Shown here: positions 1 to 12,396 of the stretch, one piece after another
How the letters are laid out: each line of letters starts with the position of its first letter
Position numbering within the stretch: position 1 is the stretch's first letter
NCBI GenBank assembly: GCA_013265495.1
Contig: MU057847.1
Location: 269,260 to 333,259 of the forward strand
From: Vicugna vicugna
Lineage: Eukaryota
DNA length: 64,000 nucleotides
Direction: 5' to 3'
Notes under the pieces: model-generated
What the model was told of the DNA's origin: nothing
The model's database searches: none
Seen by the model: the letters and a program-made list of their open reading frames with translations, nothing else
Translations under genes and position numbers: made by a program

Positions 1-51
1 TGTATGTATGTATGTATGTATGTATGTATCTCTATATATGTATCTCTCTCG

Positions 52-112
<61 letters not shown>

Positions 113-124
113 GAGAGAGAGAGA
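1..124. repeat. Compound microsatellite (TATG)n-(TC)n-(TA)n-(GA)n
   Basis: Directly visible. TC and GA arms flank a (TA)8 core. Confidence 0.97.
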
Positions 125-172
125 TGTATGGGAAAAATAGCACATTGAGGAAAGTGGTTACCTCTGGGAAGG

Positions 173-719
173 TGTATTAGTTATCATGCGGTGTTACAAA
201 TTACCCCCAAACTTACATGCTGTAACATATATTTTCAGAAATCCAGGCATGGCTTAGCTGGGTCTTCTGCTTCAGGGCCCCTCATAAGACTGCAATCAAG
301 GTGTTGGTCAGGGATGCAGCCTCATCTGAAAGCTCTACTACGAAGGATCTGCTTCCACATTCACTCACACGGTTCTTGACAGGATTCCGTTTTTATGCAG
401 GCTGTTGGACAAAGGATTCAGTTCATCATAAGCTGTTGGCTGCAGGCCTCCTTGAGTCTCTGTCACATTGGTCTCCCCATAGAGCATCACACAACATGGC
501 AGCAGGCTTCGTCAGAGCAAGTAAGAGGGCAAGAGAGAGTGGCAGCAGGATGGAAGTCACCATCTTTTGTAACCTAATCACAGAAGTGACATCCCATCAC
601 CTTTGTCGTAGTCTATACATTAGAATCCAGTCACTTAGTCCAGCCCACACTCAAGGGGAGGGCGTGAATTCGAGAAGATGGGGCTCATTGAGGGTCACCT
701 TTGAAAGCTGCTAGTCACA
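173..719 (-). mobile_element. MaLR solo LTR (MLT1E/F/G-like)
   Basis: Starts tgtattag and ends gtcaca. Contains MLT1-typical 'ggcttagctgggtc...ctgcaatcaaggtgttggtcaggg...tcatctgaa' and 'gaagtgacatcccatcacctttg'. Confidence 0.8.
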
Positions 720-890
720 AGCAGGAGGTGTTAGTAAAAGAGAACTCTAGGGTGTGGGTACACAGGGGCTTCAACTATATCTGCAATGCTTATTTTTTAA
801 GCTGAGTGGTGAACACATGGGTATTTATTGTAAAGTTTTATATGCCTTTTTTTAAGGTCTGAAATATTTCCTAATAAAGAAAAAAGAGAA
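720..890 (+). mobile_element. Ancient L1ME-like 3' end, interrupted by the MLT1 (left part ~125-172)
   Basis: 'gtggttacctctggg' before the LTR, then 'ttaagctgagtggtg...tctgaaatatttcctaataaa' and an A-rich tail after it. Confidence 0.55.
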
Positions 891-1059
891 ATTTTTAAAG
901 TTAAGTGGGCCTAATCTCTAAATCTAAGGAAAAAAGGATAAGGGGGTGGTTGTTCAGAAAAGGAGAGAGATGGGGAAGGGCCCAGTGGTTTGATGGTTGA
1001 TAGCCTTGTTTCTGCTTTTAGTTAAGGCTTCCTAGATGCTCTTTGGTTAGCACTAATGG

Positions 1060-1272
1060 CTTCTTCTCCTATATTATACAGTAGCAATCTCATAATTTGT
1101 CTTAAATTAATATCATGTACGTGTGTTTGTGTGTGTGTTTGTTTATTCCCCCTCCCACAGGAATTGTCAGGTTCTAGAAGGTTCATAATTTATAGGATTT
1201 TATTTATCTTTCTATCCTACATCACCTAGCTCTGTGCTTTACATATAATAGGTACTCAATAAATGTTTGCCA
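1060..1272 (+). mobile_element. L2 3' end
   Basis: Ends with the diagnostic 'taggtactcaataaatgtttg'. Confidence 0.7.
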
Positions 1273-1899
1273 AACTGAGGTGGACTTAATGCTGCCTCAC
1301 CTCATTTTGGCATTTGTGTTAACACTTTAAAGTGCATTATATCTTAGTATTCATTAAGGCCATAACCACAGAGTGAAACAGAAGGCATAACACCCTCTGT
1401 TACCATTATAAAACAAAGCAAGAAAAGTAAGTAGTTACCCATATAATGTGGTGAGGTATCACAAAAAATGTCTCCCAAATAATATATTTCTCATCATGGA
1501 GCCTGCTTTTCCTTTACTGCATAATCCTTTCTTTAGGTAAAGGGATTATTTCTAGGCGATCTCGGTTAAAATATAAATAATCTTCAAATGGAAGCTCTAT
1601 CAACCATAGCACAATACTTCTTAATCTTTGTGGGGATACTGACCTCTTTAAGAATTTGAAGAAATCTGTGGACACTCCCCACTTCAAATGCATAACATTT
1701 TATAATTTTGAGTAGGATTCATGAACTCCCTAGAGAAGCTTCTGCTCTTGCTCTGCAAAAGATCAAATTAGGTCACTGAGGGAACAAATCACTACTCCTG
1801 GATGTTTTAAGGTTGAGGGACCATAAAGGAGGGAAAGTGATTGGGAAGTGGGAGCACAGCCTGCAGAGGGGGAATTTCAATGCAGAAAGGACTTGGGCA

Positions 1900-3812
1900 A
1901 CAAACCTACAGCCAGCATAGTACTCAATGGTGAAAAACTCAAAAGCTTCCCACTAAAATCTGGGACAAGACAAGGATGCCCACAATCACCACTCCTATTC
2001 AACATAGTCTTGGAAGTCCTAGCCACAGCAATCAGGCAAGAGACAGAAATAAAAGGGATCCAAATTGGAAAAGAAGAGATAAAAGTGTCACTATATGCAG
2101 ATGACGTGTTACTATATATAGAAAACCCTAAAAGGTCCACACAAAAGCTACTAGAGCTGATTGAAGAATTCAGCAAGGTAGCAGATTACAAGACTAACGT
2201 TCAAAAATCAGTTGCATTTCTTTGCACTAACTATGAATCAACAGAAAAAGAAAGAAAGAAACAATTCCCTTTAAAATAGCATCCAAAGTAATAAAATACC
2301 CAGGAATAAATCTAACCAAGAAGGTGAAAGACTTATACATGGAAAACTATAAACCATTGATGAAGGAAATTAAAGAAGACTTTAAAAAAAATGGAAAGAT
2401 ATTCCATGCTCCTGGATTGGAAGAATCAATATTGTTAAAATGGTCATACTGCCTAAGACAATCTACAGATTTAATGCAATCCCTATCAAATTACCCAGGA
2501 CATATTTCACAAAATTTTAACAAATCATAATAAAATTTATATGGAACCACAAAAGACCTAGAGTTGCCAAAGCATTACCAAAGAAAAAGAAAGAGGCTGG
2601 AGGAATAACTCTCCCAGACTTTAGACAATACTATAGAGCTACAGTCATCAAGACAGCATGGTATTGGTACAAAAACAGACATATGGACCAATGGAACAGA
2701 ATAGAGAGCCCAGAAATGAACCCACAAACTTTTGGTCAACTCATCTTTGACAAAGGAGGCAAGAATATACAATGGAATAAAGACAGTCTCTTCAGCAAAT
2801 GGTGTTGGGAAAACTGGACAGCAGCATGTAAATCAATGAAGCTAGAACATTCCCTTACACCATACACAAAAGTAAACTCAAAATGGATCAAAGACTTAAA
2901 CATAAGACAAAATATAATAAACCTCCTAGAAGAAAACAGGCAAACCATTATCTGACATACATCTCAAAAATGTTCTCCTAGGGCAGTCTACTCAAGCAAT
3001 AGAAATAAAAGCAAGATAAACAAATGGGACCTAATTAAACTTACAAGCTTCTGCACAGCAAAGGAAACCATAAGTAAAACAAAACGACAACCTATGGAAT
3101 GGGAGAACATTTTTGCAAAAGATGAAACCGACAAAGGCGTGATCTCCAGAATATGTAAGTGGCTCATACGACTTAATGAGAAAAAAAAAACCCAATCCAA
3201 AAATGGGCAGAAGACCTAAACAAGCAATTCTCCAAGGAAGAAATACAAATGATCAATAGGCACATGAAAAAATGCTCAGTATCACTAATTATCAGAGAAA
3301 TGCAAATCAAAACTACAATGAGGTATCACCTCACACCAGTCAGAATGGCTATCATTCAAAAATCCACAAATGACAAATGCTGGAGAGGCTGTGGAGAAAG
3401 GGGAACCCTCCTACATTGCTGGTGGGAATGCAGTTTGGTGCAGCCACTGTGGAAAACAGTATGGAGATTCCTCAAAACACTAGGAATAGACTTAACATAT
3501 GACCCAGGAATCCCGCTCCTAGGCATATATCCAGAAGGAACCCTACTTCAAAAAGACACCTGCACCCCAATGTTCATAGCAGCACTATTTACAATATCCA
3601 AGACATGGAAACAGCCTAAAAGTCCATCAACAGATGACTGGATAAAGAAGTGGTGGTATATTTATACAATGGAATACTATTCAGCCATAAAAACCGACAA
3701 CATAACGCCATTTGCAGCAACATGGATGTCCCTGGAGAATGTCATTCTAAGTGAAGTAAGCCAGAAAGAGAAAGAAAAATACCATATGAAATCGCTCATA
3801 TGTGGAATCTAA
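1900..3812 (+). pseudogene. Disrupted L1 ORF2 (reverse transcriptase and C-terminal domain)
   Basis: ORF2 homology is split across ORFs 1848-2279, 2683-2955 and 3249-3812 by frameshifts and stops. The endonuclease domain is absent. Confidence 0.95.
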
Positions 3813-4156
3813 AAATAACAAAAAACAAACAAAGCATAAATACAAAACAGAAATAGACTCATAGACATAGAATACAAACTTGTGGTTGCCAGGGGGAGGG
3901 GGATGGGAAGGGACAGACTGGGAGTTCGAAATTTGTAGATACTGACAGGCATATGTAGAATAGATAAAGAAGATTATACTGTATAGCACAGGGAAATATA
4001 TACAAGATCTTGTGGTAGCTCACAGCGAAAAAGAATGATAATGACTATATATATGTTCAAGTATAACTGAAAAATTGTGCTCTACACTGGAAATTGACAC
4101 AACGTTGTAAACTGATTCTAACTCAATTTTAAAAAATGTAAAAAAAAAAAAAAGAA
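1900..4156 (+). mobile_element. Young 5'-truncated L1 (ORF2 RT to C-terminus, 3' UTR, poly-A)
   Basis: ORF2 peptides [32 protein letters not shown], and CCHC motif [18 protein letters not shown]. Poly-A tail. Perfect 16 bp TSD agaaaggacttgggca at 1884-1899 and 4157-4172. Confidence 0.98.
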
Positions 4157-4834
4157 AGAAAGGACTTGGGCAGCCCCGAGGCAGCATCATGACCAACGGT
4201 GCCTGGGTCTAGGGACCCACGGGAAAGTAGGGAGGCAAGGGGCTCTCAAGGTAGGGGGTCAGGATGCCTTGAGAGCTTGTGAAAGAACAACGTAATTCAA
4301 ATTGCCCTCAATGTTTACCTTGGAGTTTTTTTTCCGATGTTAAGAAGTGTGAAAGGGATGGTAGTAGCTGGAGATGGTGAACAATTCTCTTTCAGAGCTC
4401 TTAAGAAGTTCCAGGTGAGGTTGGAAACTCTAAGCATCATTATTAGTGTCCAGAAAGGGCATTAATCATACACATGCTCAGAATGCACATTTCCTTCCCA
4501 ACACTGATGTACTTTATGGTTGCTCTATTCACGATTCATGTAGCAGAACAAAAATTTTCGTTTTAGGACAAACTGTTAATAGCCTTTAGGGGAAAATGAA
4601 GATGACAGCTGTGTGCTCGTTCTGTACAACTCAGAATGGGATCTTGCCCATTCCCCAAATAGAAATTACAAACTTTAAGCAGAGAATTCAGTTCAACTAA
4701 GCAAACCTGGAATGAATGCCAAGTACAGCACACGGCTCCAGTTAGCAGTGCCATATTCTCTCTCCCTTTCTTAAGAAAACATGTCTGTGGCTCCATCACA
4801 AGTCGCTTCTGAAGAACTGGCATGCTAACCTCAC

Positions 4835-5014
4835 CTTTTTCTCTTGTGAAAGAGAAACCTTTCAATCCACACCTTACCCCTGCTTGCCTCTTCGGCCCAG
4901 AAGCACAGAACATGCCATGTTGGAAAGCTTGCAGGCCCATGCTGTTTCCTCTTTGTAATTACTTTAATTCCCCCAAATAATCCCTTGACTTCTTTGAACT
5001 TCTTGGAAGAGAAA
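4835..5014 (-). other. Candidate exon of an unidentified minus-strand transcript (donor at 4878 or 4835)
   Basis: Minus acceptor tttctaccctctcctcatcttttcag|. Donors GGG|gtaagg (137 nt exon) and AAG|gtgagg (180 nt exon). Non-repeat sequence. Protein not recognised. Confidence 0.3.
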
Positions 5015-5964
5015 CTGAAAAGATGAGGAGAGGGTAGAAACACATATAACCACATTGTTTCATACTATGCTTATTACCTCAAGCCCATTTTTTTCACAAA
5101 GTGAAGCTTTTGCAGAATTCATAAAGGAAGGCCTTTAAGCCATCTCTGAAAAGGTTTTAAAGTACTTCTTCAAGGTTCCCAGAAACAGGATTTACCAAAT
5201 GTTCAAAAATAATTACGATGAATCACACTCGTGAAGAAACAGTTTTCTGTCTTTATTACAAAGTTATTTTTAAAGTGTTTCTTCGTGAATCATGCAAAAT
5301 AACTGATTGCAAAATAAACTGTCATCTTCATGACTATTTCTGAGGGAGGGAAACTCTGGGTTAAAAAATGCTACCAATATTTTAATTGAAAAAACTATCT
5401 TCTGCACAGTAAAAGAAATGATAGTCATGAAACAATGTGCTCCCCAAGTGGAAATTATATCATTATTTAATCTTACTTTTCTTCAATTCTGATGCAACTT
5501 TAATCCATAGTAAACCTCTAAATTATCTTGCTAAAATGGCAAGTCCTTCCAGATTATTCAGTTCTTTCAGGATCATAGCAACATTGTATCTGAGTTTTTG
5601 AAACTGGAACCATTTTTTTTTAAAGAGAGACATATTGATGATAGTCTGTGAATTCTCTGTCCAAACTGGTTTCTATTCACTGAATACTTTCACAGGCATT
5701 GACACTGCATACCAGGCCTACGTTTTAAAAAAAATGGAAGTATTTTAGTCAAAAAGTGTGATCTCTACTCTCAGGTCCTTCTGTTCTCATCACTACCATG
5801 AATAACAAGCATCTGGTCATCCTGACACTCTTAATTCTCAGGACACAATGTTCTGAATGGAGTGGAGGGCATTTGGTGCTTACAGAACTGTACTGAGATG
5901 CTCTCGCCACTAGACCCTCCCCACGTCAGGTTTCCTCCCATCATGACAGCTGGCACTTCCAAGA

Positions 5965-6392
5965 GCACACATCCAGTTGTATTATACATGTCTATGTTTC
6001 CCAATAGACTGTGAACTTTCTGAAAGTAGGGATATGCCTTTTTTTTTCAGTATTATCTTTAGAGTTTTCTAACACAGTGCCTCAAACACTGTTATGATGA
6101 TGAAGATAATGATGATAATAACAACTTTTATTGAACACTTACTATGCACCAGGCCCTATATTCTAAGCACTTTATGTGATTAATTCAACTAATTTTCACA
6201 ATGACCCTGTGTGGGAGGTATACCACGCCCATTTTACAAACAAGGAAACAAAAGATGGAGTAACTTATCCAACAAGACTCTACAGGTTACTTAGTTGCAA
6301 AGGCAGGATTTGAACTCAAACAGTTCAGCTCCAGAGTAATGCTCTTAACCTCTAAACATCATGCTCTGCTCCCTAGAGTAGGTGTTCAATCA
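5965..6392. mobile_element. L2 3' end (+) with a MIR (-, ~6095-6365) inserted in it
   Basis: L2 'tagactgtgaactttctgaaagtaggg...aacacagtgcct' resumes as 'gtaggtgttcaat'. MIR core 'cccattttacaaacaaggaaac...ggatttgaactcaaacag'. Confidence 0.75.
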
Positions 6393-6429
6393 TTTTCAAG
6401 ACAAATATTTGTTTGATTTTTCTCTAAAC

Positions 6430-6745
6430 ACGTATTGTACCTTAAACACATAAATGAACATAGTCTTTTAAAGGTACTGTCCTGGGAAGCTTCTATTGCT
6501 CAAAACCTTTTGCAAATCCTTCTTTGGAACTGTTTTCAGAGCCACTTTATGAATCGCGGAAGAAAAGTAGTCAATACATTGTGATCACAGCTCATTTTTA
6601 AATAAAGACAGTGGTATTCAGCTTGATGAATACTTTTATTTGCCCGACACGTTTCTGAATAACAGTTGTTTGCCAAAAATCACATTCTCCATTAAAAGAA
6701 GAAAGATTTGCTCTTGCTGACAATGGTCCAAAAATATGACGCATA
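6430..6745. mobile_element. Ancient Tc1/mariner relic (MARNA-like)
   Basis: 'ctttggaactgttttcagagcc' and 'ccaaaaatcacattctccattaaaagaagaaagatttgc' resemble recalled MARNA consensus. Confidence 0.55.
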
Positions 6746-6754
6746 GACATTTTT

Positions 6755-7592
6755 CTTTTTTTTTTAATTGAAGTATAGTTGATTTATAACGTTTGTGTTA
6801 GTTCAGGTATACAGCAAAGTGATTCAGTCATATATATATTCTTTTTCAGATTCTTTGCCATTATAGGTTATTAGAAGATTGACTATAGTTCCCTGTGCTA
6901 TACAGCTATACAGTAGGTCCTTGTTGGTTATCTATTTTATATATAGTCGTATGCATATGCTAACCCCAAACTCCAAATTTATCCCTATCCCCTTTCCCCT
7001 TTGGTAACTGTAAGTTTGTTTTCTATGTCTGTGAGTCTATTTCTGTTTAATAAATAAGCTAATTTGTGTCATTTTTTTCAGATTCCACGTGTAAGTGATA
7101 CCATGATATTTGTCTTTGTCTGATTTACTTCACTTAGTATGATAATCTCTAGTTCCATCCATGTCACTGCAAATGGCATTATTTCATTCGTTTTTATGGC
7201 TGAGTAGTATTCCAGTGTGTGTGTGTGTGTGTATACACACACCACATCTTTATCCACTCATCTGTCAATGGACATTTAGGTTGCTTCTATGTCTTGGCTA
7301 TTGTAAACAGTGCTGCTATGAACATTGAGGTGAGTGAGTTTTTTTTGAATTAGAGTTTTCTCTGGATATATGCCTAGGAGTGGGATTGCTGGATCACATG
7401 GTAACTTTATTTTTAGTTTTTTAAGGAATCTCCATAATGTCCTCCATAGTGGCTGCACCAACATTCCCACCAACAGTGTAGGAGGTTCCTTTTCCTCCAT
7501 ATCCTCTCCAGCGTTTATCATTTGTAGACTTTATAATGATAGCCATTCTGACCAGCATGAGGTGATACCTCATTGTAGTTTTGATTTGCTTT
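6755..7592 (-). mobile_element. 5'-truncated L1 3' end (artiodactyl L1_Art-like)
   Basis: Poly-T then 'aattgaagtatagttgatt...cagcaaagtgattcag'. ORF2 C-terminal remnant ([25 protein letters not shown]). Possible TSD agacattttt/agatattttt. Confidence 0.93.
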
Positions 7593-7604
7593 AGAGATAT
7601 TTTT

Positions 7605-7860
7605 TAATTAACAAACATTTACTGAGCAACTGCTTGGCCCCACAGATACAAAGTCAAACAAGACATCTTCCCTAACTTCAGGGAGCACTCAGCCAGGTTA
7701 AGGGGGAAAGACAATCCAGTGTGACAAATGCTCTGACAGATATAAGAACAGGATCCTCAGGGAAAGGGCATCAAATCCAGATTTGAGAGAGAGGGCTAGC
7801 TTCCTGAAGGAGGAGGTGACATCTAATTTCAGTCCCAAAAGACAAATAGTTGTGGCCACA
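7605..7860 (-). mobile_element. L2 fragment
   Basis: 'aacaaacatttactgagca...ttcctgaaggaggaggtgacatct'. Confidence 0.7.
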
Positions 7861-9456
7861 TCAATAGAAAAGGGTCTCAGACTCTCAAGATGGCTACACT
7901 CACTGGGATGTCTTTGATTGGGTACGTCCTCTCAGGCTTATTTTTAGAAGATAATAATCCTATCACTTTATGTTCACACCTGGTACTCAAGTTGTTTTTA
8001 CTTTTCAATGAAACCTGGAAACATTTGTCAATGGCATTTGAAAGCTGCCTAATTTTAAATATGTTTGAGTGTTGTTTTGCTTTTGGTGCTCAGCCATTTA
8101 CAATTCTTCAAGTTTCCCTGAAGAATTCTGCTGATGGAATAAACAGAAAACAAATCAATATACTAAGGAAGTCACTGTTACCATAATCTGTTTGGGTATC
8201 GTGGGCACATGATGATGATTTGTTTAACAAATGAAGGAATGAGAAGATCCTTAATACTGAGTCTCCCTAACTGAAACAAAATACTTGTTTCCTTCATGCC
8301 CTGTGAACCAAGGTAGGACAGGAGAACCCACACAGGGAGGGAAATGGTTGTTCTGGCAGAAGCTTATACTTTTCTCAATATATCAACTTGGAGGACAGTA
8401 GCTTTCAACTATGAGCAGTGGGAGATTCAGCGATCCAAGAAGGGGTCTGCTTTTGTGGCTTACTTGCCCTTATAAACCAAACAACCCTGGGGTCACACAA
8501 AACTGTCCTTAAAGAAGGGAAAGGGGGCTTGGGAGGTGGGTAATTACTGTCCAACATGGGTGGGCTCAGTGCTTAGAGGGAATGAGAGATGGAGGAAAGT
8601 GCTGCCTCTGCCCCGGCTGCAGGCTGAGGCCAGAGTTTGAAGGCTCTCTTCTCTGGAGTCCTTATCCGCTAGGTGGCCTGCCCGTAACGCTGTGGAACTG
8701 TGAAGGAGAGCAAGATAAAGGACACAATGAGGGAGCTCACAGGGAGCATGGGATGCTACCTGGGAAGAACAGACATATTTGAGAGTGAAATGATCTTGGG
8801 TAGGGGACACACTGGGCGCTCAAGAGGAAGGAACACCTGGTAGGCACAAGGCACCAAAACAAACTTGATCTGTCTGGAGCTGGGCCCAGTGAGCTCAAAA
8901 AGTAAAGGGCAAGAGATGGTAGGAAGGAAAAGATATCTGCCCACCTACCATTTATTTCCTCATTTCGACATGAGTTGTTTAGAGAACTGTGAGAGAAAGC
9001 TGAAGGAGCTCCCGAATAGAAAGTAATACAGTTCCTGCCTTCAAGCAGTTCCAAGGGATTCTGAGGCCGTGCAGAACTTCCGTCTTGTTGCTAAGACAGG
9101 ACAGTGAGAGAAATGGTACAACAACTGTCTCTAGACAAGCCACAACTCCGCCCCAGCACTACCATCCCTGGGGGCAGAAGGTGAGATCCATCTTCTCTGG
9201 AAAGTTCCCTTTCAGTCTTATAACTCTACTTCTTTAAGAAGCTGCAGAATCAGAGTTTTCAAGCATGGCCTGGAAATCCTCGAATTCTAGAATCAACTCC
9301 AAGGATGAGGGAACATTTGAAGAACATTTCCCCAAATCTTAACACACCTGTGGATCTCACAAATGCAGGAATATTCTTTCAAAAGATTTTCCTATATGTT
9401 CCAAGTACATTGGAAAATAAAAAGTTAAATTTATATTCAAATTTTCAATAACTTAC

Positions 9457-9965
9457 TGTGATGGTTAATTTTATGTGTCAACTTGACTGGGCTAAGGGGT
9501 GCCCAGATTAAACATCATTTCTGGGCCCGTCTTGAGAGTGTTTCCAGATGAGATTGCCATTTGAATTGGTGGTCTCAGTGAAGCAGACTGCCCTCCCCAA
9601 CGTAGTAAGCATCATTCAGTCCACTGAGGGCCTGAATAGAACACAAGGCAGAAGGAAGAATTCACCCCTTTGGTTTCTTGTCTGCCTGACTGAGCTGTAA
9701 CACTGATCTCCTGCCCTTGGACTGAGATTTACACCACTGGCCTCCCTGGTTCTCAGGCCTTCGGACTTGGGTTGGAATCATACCACTGGCTTTCCTGGGT
9801 CTCCAGTTTGCTGATGACAGATCTTGGGACTTTTCACTTCCATAATCATGTGAACCAATTCCTCATTAGATTATATTACATACACACACACACACACACA
9901 CACACACCCCTATCTGTCTATCTCTCCTATTGGTTCTGTTTCTCTGGAGTACCCTGACTGATACA
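9457..9965 (+). mobile_element. ERVL solo LTR (MLT2B/D-like) containing (CA)n at ~9881-9907
   Basis: Starts tgtgatggttaattttatgtgtcaacttgactgggcta and ends ccctgactgataca. 5 bp TSD cttac/tttac. Confidence 0.92.
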
Positions 9966-10440
9966 TTTACCTATTGTATAAAGTGTTATTCAAACTTTTT
10001 TTCTTATAAGGAGTTGAATTCATTTTGCAAACAAATTTCACAGAGAATAGCCACACGTAAAACATAAAACAGCAACTCTGACTAGAGTGAGGCCCAAAGC
10101 TTCTACTTCTCAGTTCTTTCATCCATTTCTTTAAGGAGACCCACAAAACACCACATTCTGCAAAATGCAGTTTAAAAACTACCAATGTAAAAATATTTTC
10201 TATAAAATCATTGATTTATCAAATTATCAGAAAACAAAATAGGAACCTTTAAAAACTTTACTGCTTTGAGTAACATGTAAGAATATTTACATGACATAGT
10301 CAACTTTCAATTTTCCACCCAAAAAAGGGAACAATAGTACGTGAAACCCCAAAATCAACAGTATCGAGCCCTGGAAAGCATGGTATTCTATCCTGGGGCA
10401 GCATGGTGGATTTATACTTCTCTTTGAACTCAGGTTCGGC

Positions 10441-10658
10441 TAGAGCTTCTCAGTCTCAGCACTACTGACATTTTAGGCCAGGTGATTCTTTGTTGTGGAG
10501 GGCTGTACTATGCATTGTAGAGATATTTAGTAGCATCCCTGGCCTCTACCCACTAGATGCCAGCAGCACCCTCCCCCAAGTTGAAACAACCAAAAATATC
10601 TCCAGATGTTGTCAGATGCCCTTTGGGAGACAACACTGCCCCTAGTTGAGAACTATTG
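10441..10658 (+). mobile_element. MER20 (hAT-Charlie non-autonomous DNA transposon)
   Basis: 'actgacattttaggccaggtgattctttgttgtggagggctgt...agcatccctggcctctacccactagatgccag...gttgagaactattg'. Confidence 0.9.
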
Positions 10659-11164
10659 ATAAAAAAAAAAAACTTTGTGCCTGACTGAGGACACAAAAGT
10701 TTCTAGTATCACAGGTGGCATAAGTAATGTAGGTGGTATTTAACTGATAAGGAGGATAATTTAGACCCAGATAAAAAAGAAGTTGACCATATTTAAGTAT
10801 TAGATCTGATAATGGTTTTCATGGCACCAAGGGAGTCAATATAGACATCCTTTAGCTTGGTTCCATGCAGAGGTCACTCTGTGGGCTAGGCTGGGGCAAC
10901 CAAAAGTTGTCCTCCCCCACTAATATCTCCTTTATTGTCCTTGCCATGGTACCCAAAATATATCAGTTACCTTTTCTGTTCGGCAACACACTAAGCCGAT
11001 ATAATTCATTAACAATGAGCTTTGATTATTTTTTAAGATAAGCATTTGCTGAAAAAGAATCCCAAGAAAAAGGGCCACAGCAATTGATAGGGAGACAGGG
11101 GAAGTAATAGTTTGGGAGGCTATTGCTGAGATGGATAGATCTAAGTGCTTAGAGGATGATGATT

Positions 11165-11375
11165 AAAAAATGAATAAAAGGAAGTAATATCTATTGAACA
11201 CCTGTAAAGTGTCAGGTGTTCTAATATATCCTCACAAAAACTCGGGGAAGTAGGTATTACTCTCTCCATTTTTACCTGGAAACATTCTGAGGATTAGAGA
11301 GATTAAGTAATTTGTATGCTAGTAAGTGACAGCTGAACCTGTGTCATTAGGATTCTAAGTACTATCACCATGATG
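11165..11375 (-). mobile_element. MIR
   Basis: 'gtaggtattactctctccatttttac...agagattaagtaatttg'. Confidence 0.7.
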
Positions 11376-11402
11376 CCTTGATAATTAAATTGCCTGAATA
11401 AA

Positions 11403-11472
11403 TATATTAACCAGGGTATAGTCAAGAGAAAGACACTACATGAGCTATTTGATCAGAGAGAATTTCATATAA
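11403..11472 (-). mobile_element. 3' terminus of LTR41-like ERVL LTR (rest at 19524-20130)
   Basis: Minus strand reads 'aaattctctctgatcaaatagct...tctttctcttgactataccctggttaatata', an ERVL U5 end. Confidence 0.6.
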
Positions 11473-11474
11473 AT

Positions 11475-11765
11475 TAAAATACTGTATGGTTCTACTTATA
11501 TGAGGTAGTAGAGGAATTAAATTTATGAAGATAGAAAGTAGAATGGTGGTTGCCAGAGGCCGCAGGGAGGGAAGAATGGGGAGTTGGTGTTTAATGAGGA
11601 CAGAGTTTCAGTTTTATAAGATGAAAAAAGTTCTGAGATGGATGGTGGTGATGACTGCACAACAATGTGAATGTACTGAATTCCACTGAACTGTACACAT
11701 AAAATGGTTTAGATGGTAAATTTTATGTTATGTGTATTTTACTACAATTTTAAAAAATTTTAAAC
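11475..11765 (+). mobile_element. L1MB 3' UTR end
   Basis: 'gaaagtagaatggtggttgccagagg...gttctgagatggatggtggtgatg...aaattttatgttatgtgtatttt'. Confidence 0.88.
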
Positions 11766-12396
11766 AAATATGGAATAAAGACATTTTAGACATACAAAAG
11801 GTTAAAAAAGTCAACACCACATGAATTATAATAAATGTTGAAGGATATCCTTTAAGCAGAAGGAAAATGACACCAAACGTAAATATGGATCTACACAAAG
11901 TAACAGAGAATATTAGAAATAGAAGCTTCATGAGTAAATATATAAGATTTTTCTTATTTCTTAAATCTCTTTAAAATAATTAAAAAATATTTTTAAACAA
12001 AAATAATAAAAATGTGTTGTGGGCTTTATAACTTATGTATAAATAAAATATATGAAAACCTCAGTATGAAGGTCAGGAGCGGGGAAATGGAGGTGTACCA
12101 TTATAAGGTTTCTATATTATTTGTGAGGTGATAGAGAATCACTTGAAGGTAGATTGTAATAAGTTAAAGATCTACACTATAAGCCCTAAAACAACCACTA
12201 AAATAGCAGAACAAAGGATAGTAGCTAAAAACCCAACAAAAGAGATAAAATAAAATGAAAACATATTCAATTAATCTAACATAAATCAGAAAAAGAGAAA
12301 AAAACTATAGATGGTACAGAGAAAAATCCAGCAAGATGAAAGACTAAAACCTAATTATATCAATAATAACACTAAACATAAATGGTCTAAACACTT

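Noticed and set aside
301..714. 137 aa ORF
   Set aside because: Lies entirely within an MLT1 LTR.
1848..2279. 143 aa ORF with YADD as a chimeric or domesticated RT gene
   Set aside because: It is flank plus TSD fused by chance to a truncated L1 ORF2. It starts at GTG and frameshifts soon after YADD.
4386..4420. Plus-strand 19 nt micro-exon (ttcag|...ccag|gtgagg)
   Set aside because: Short pyrimidine tract, frame-shifting length, and opposite to the inferred transcription direction.
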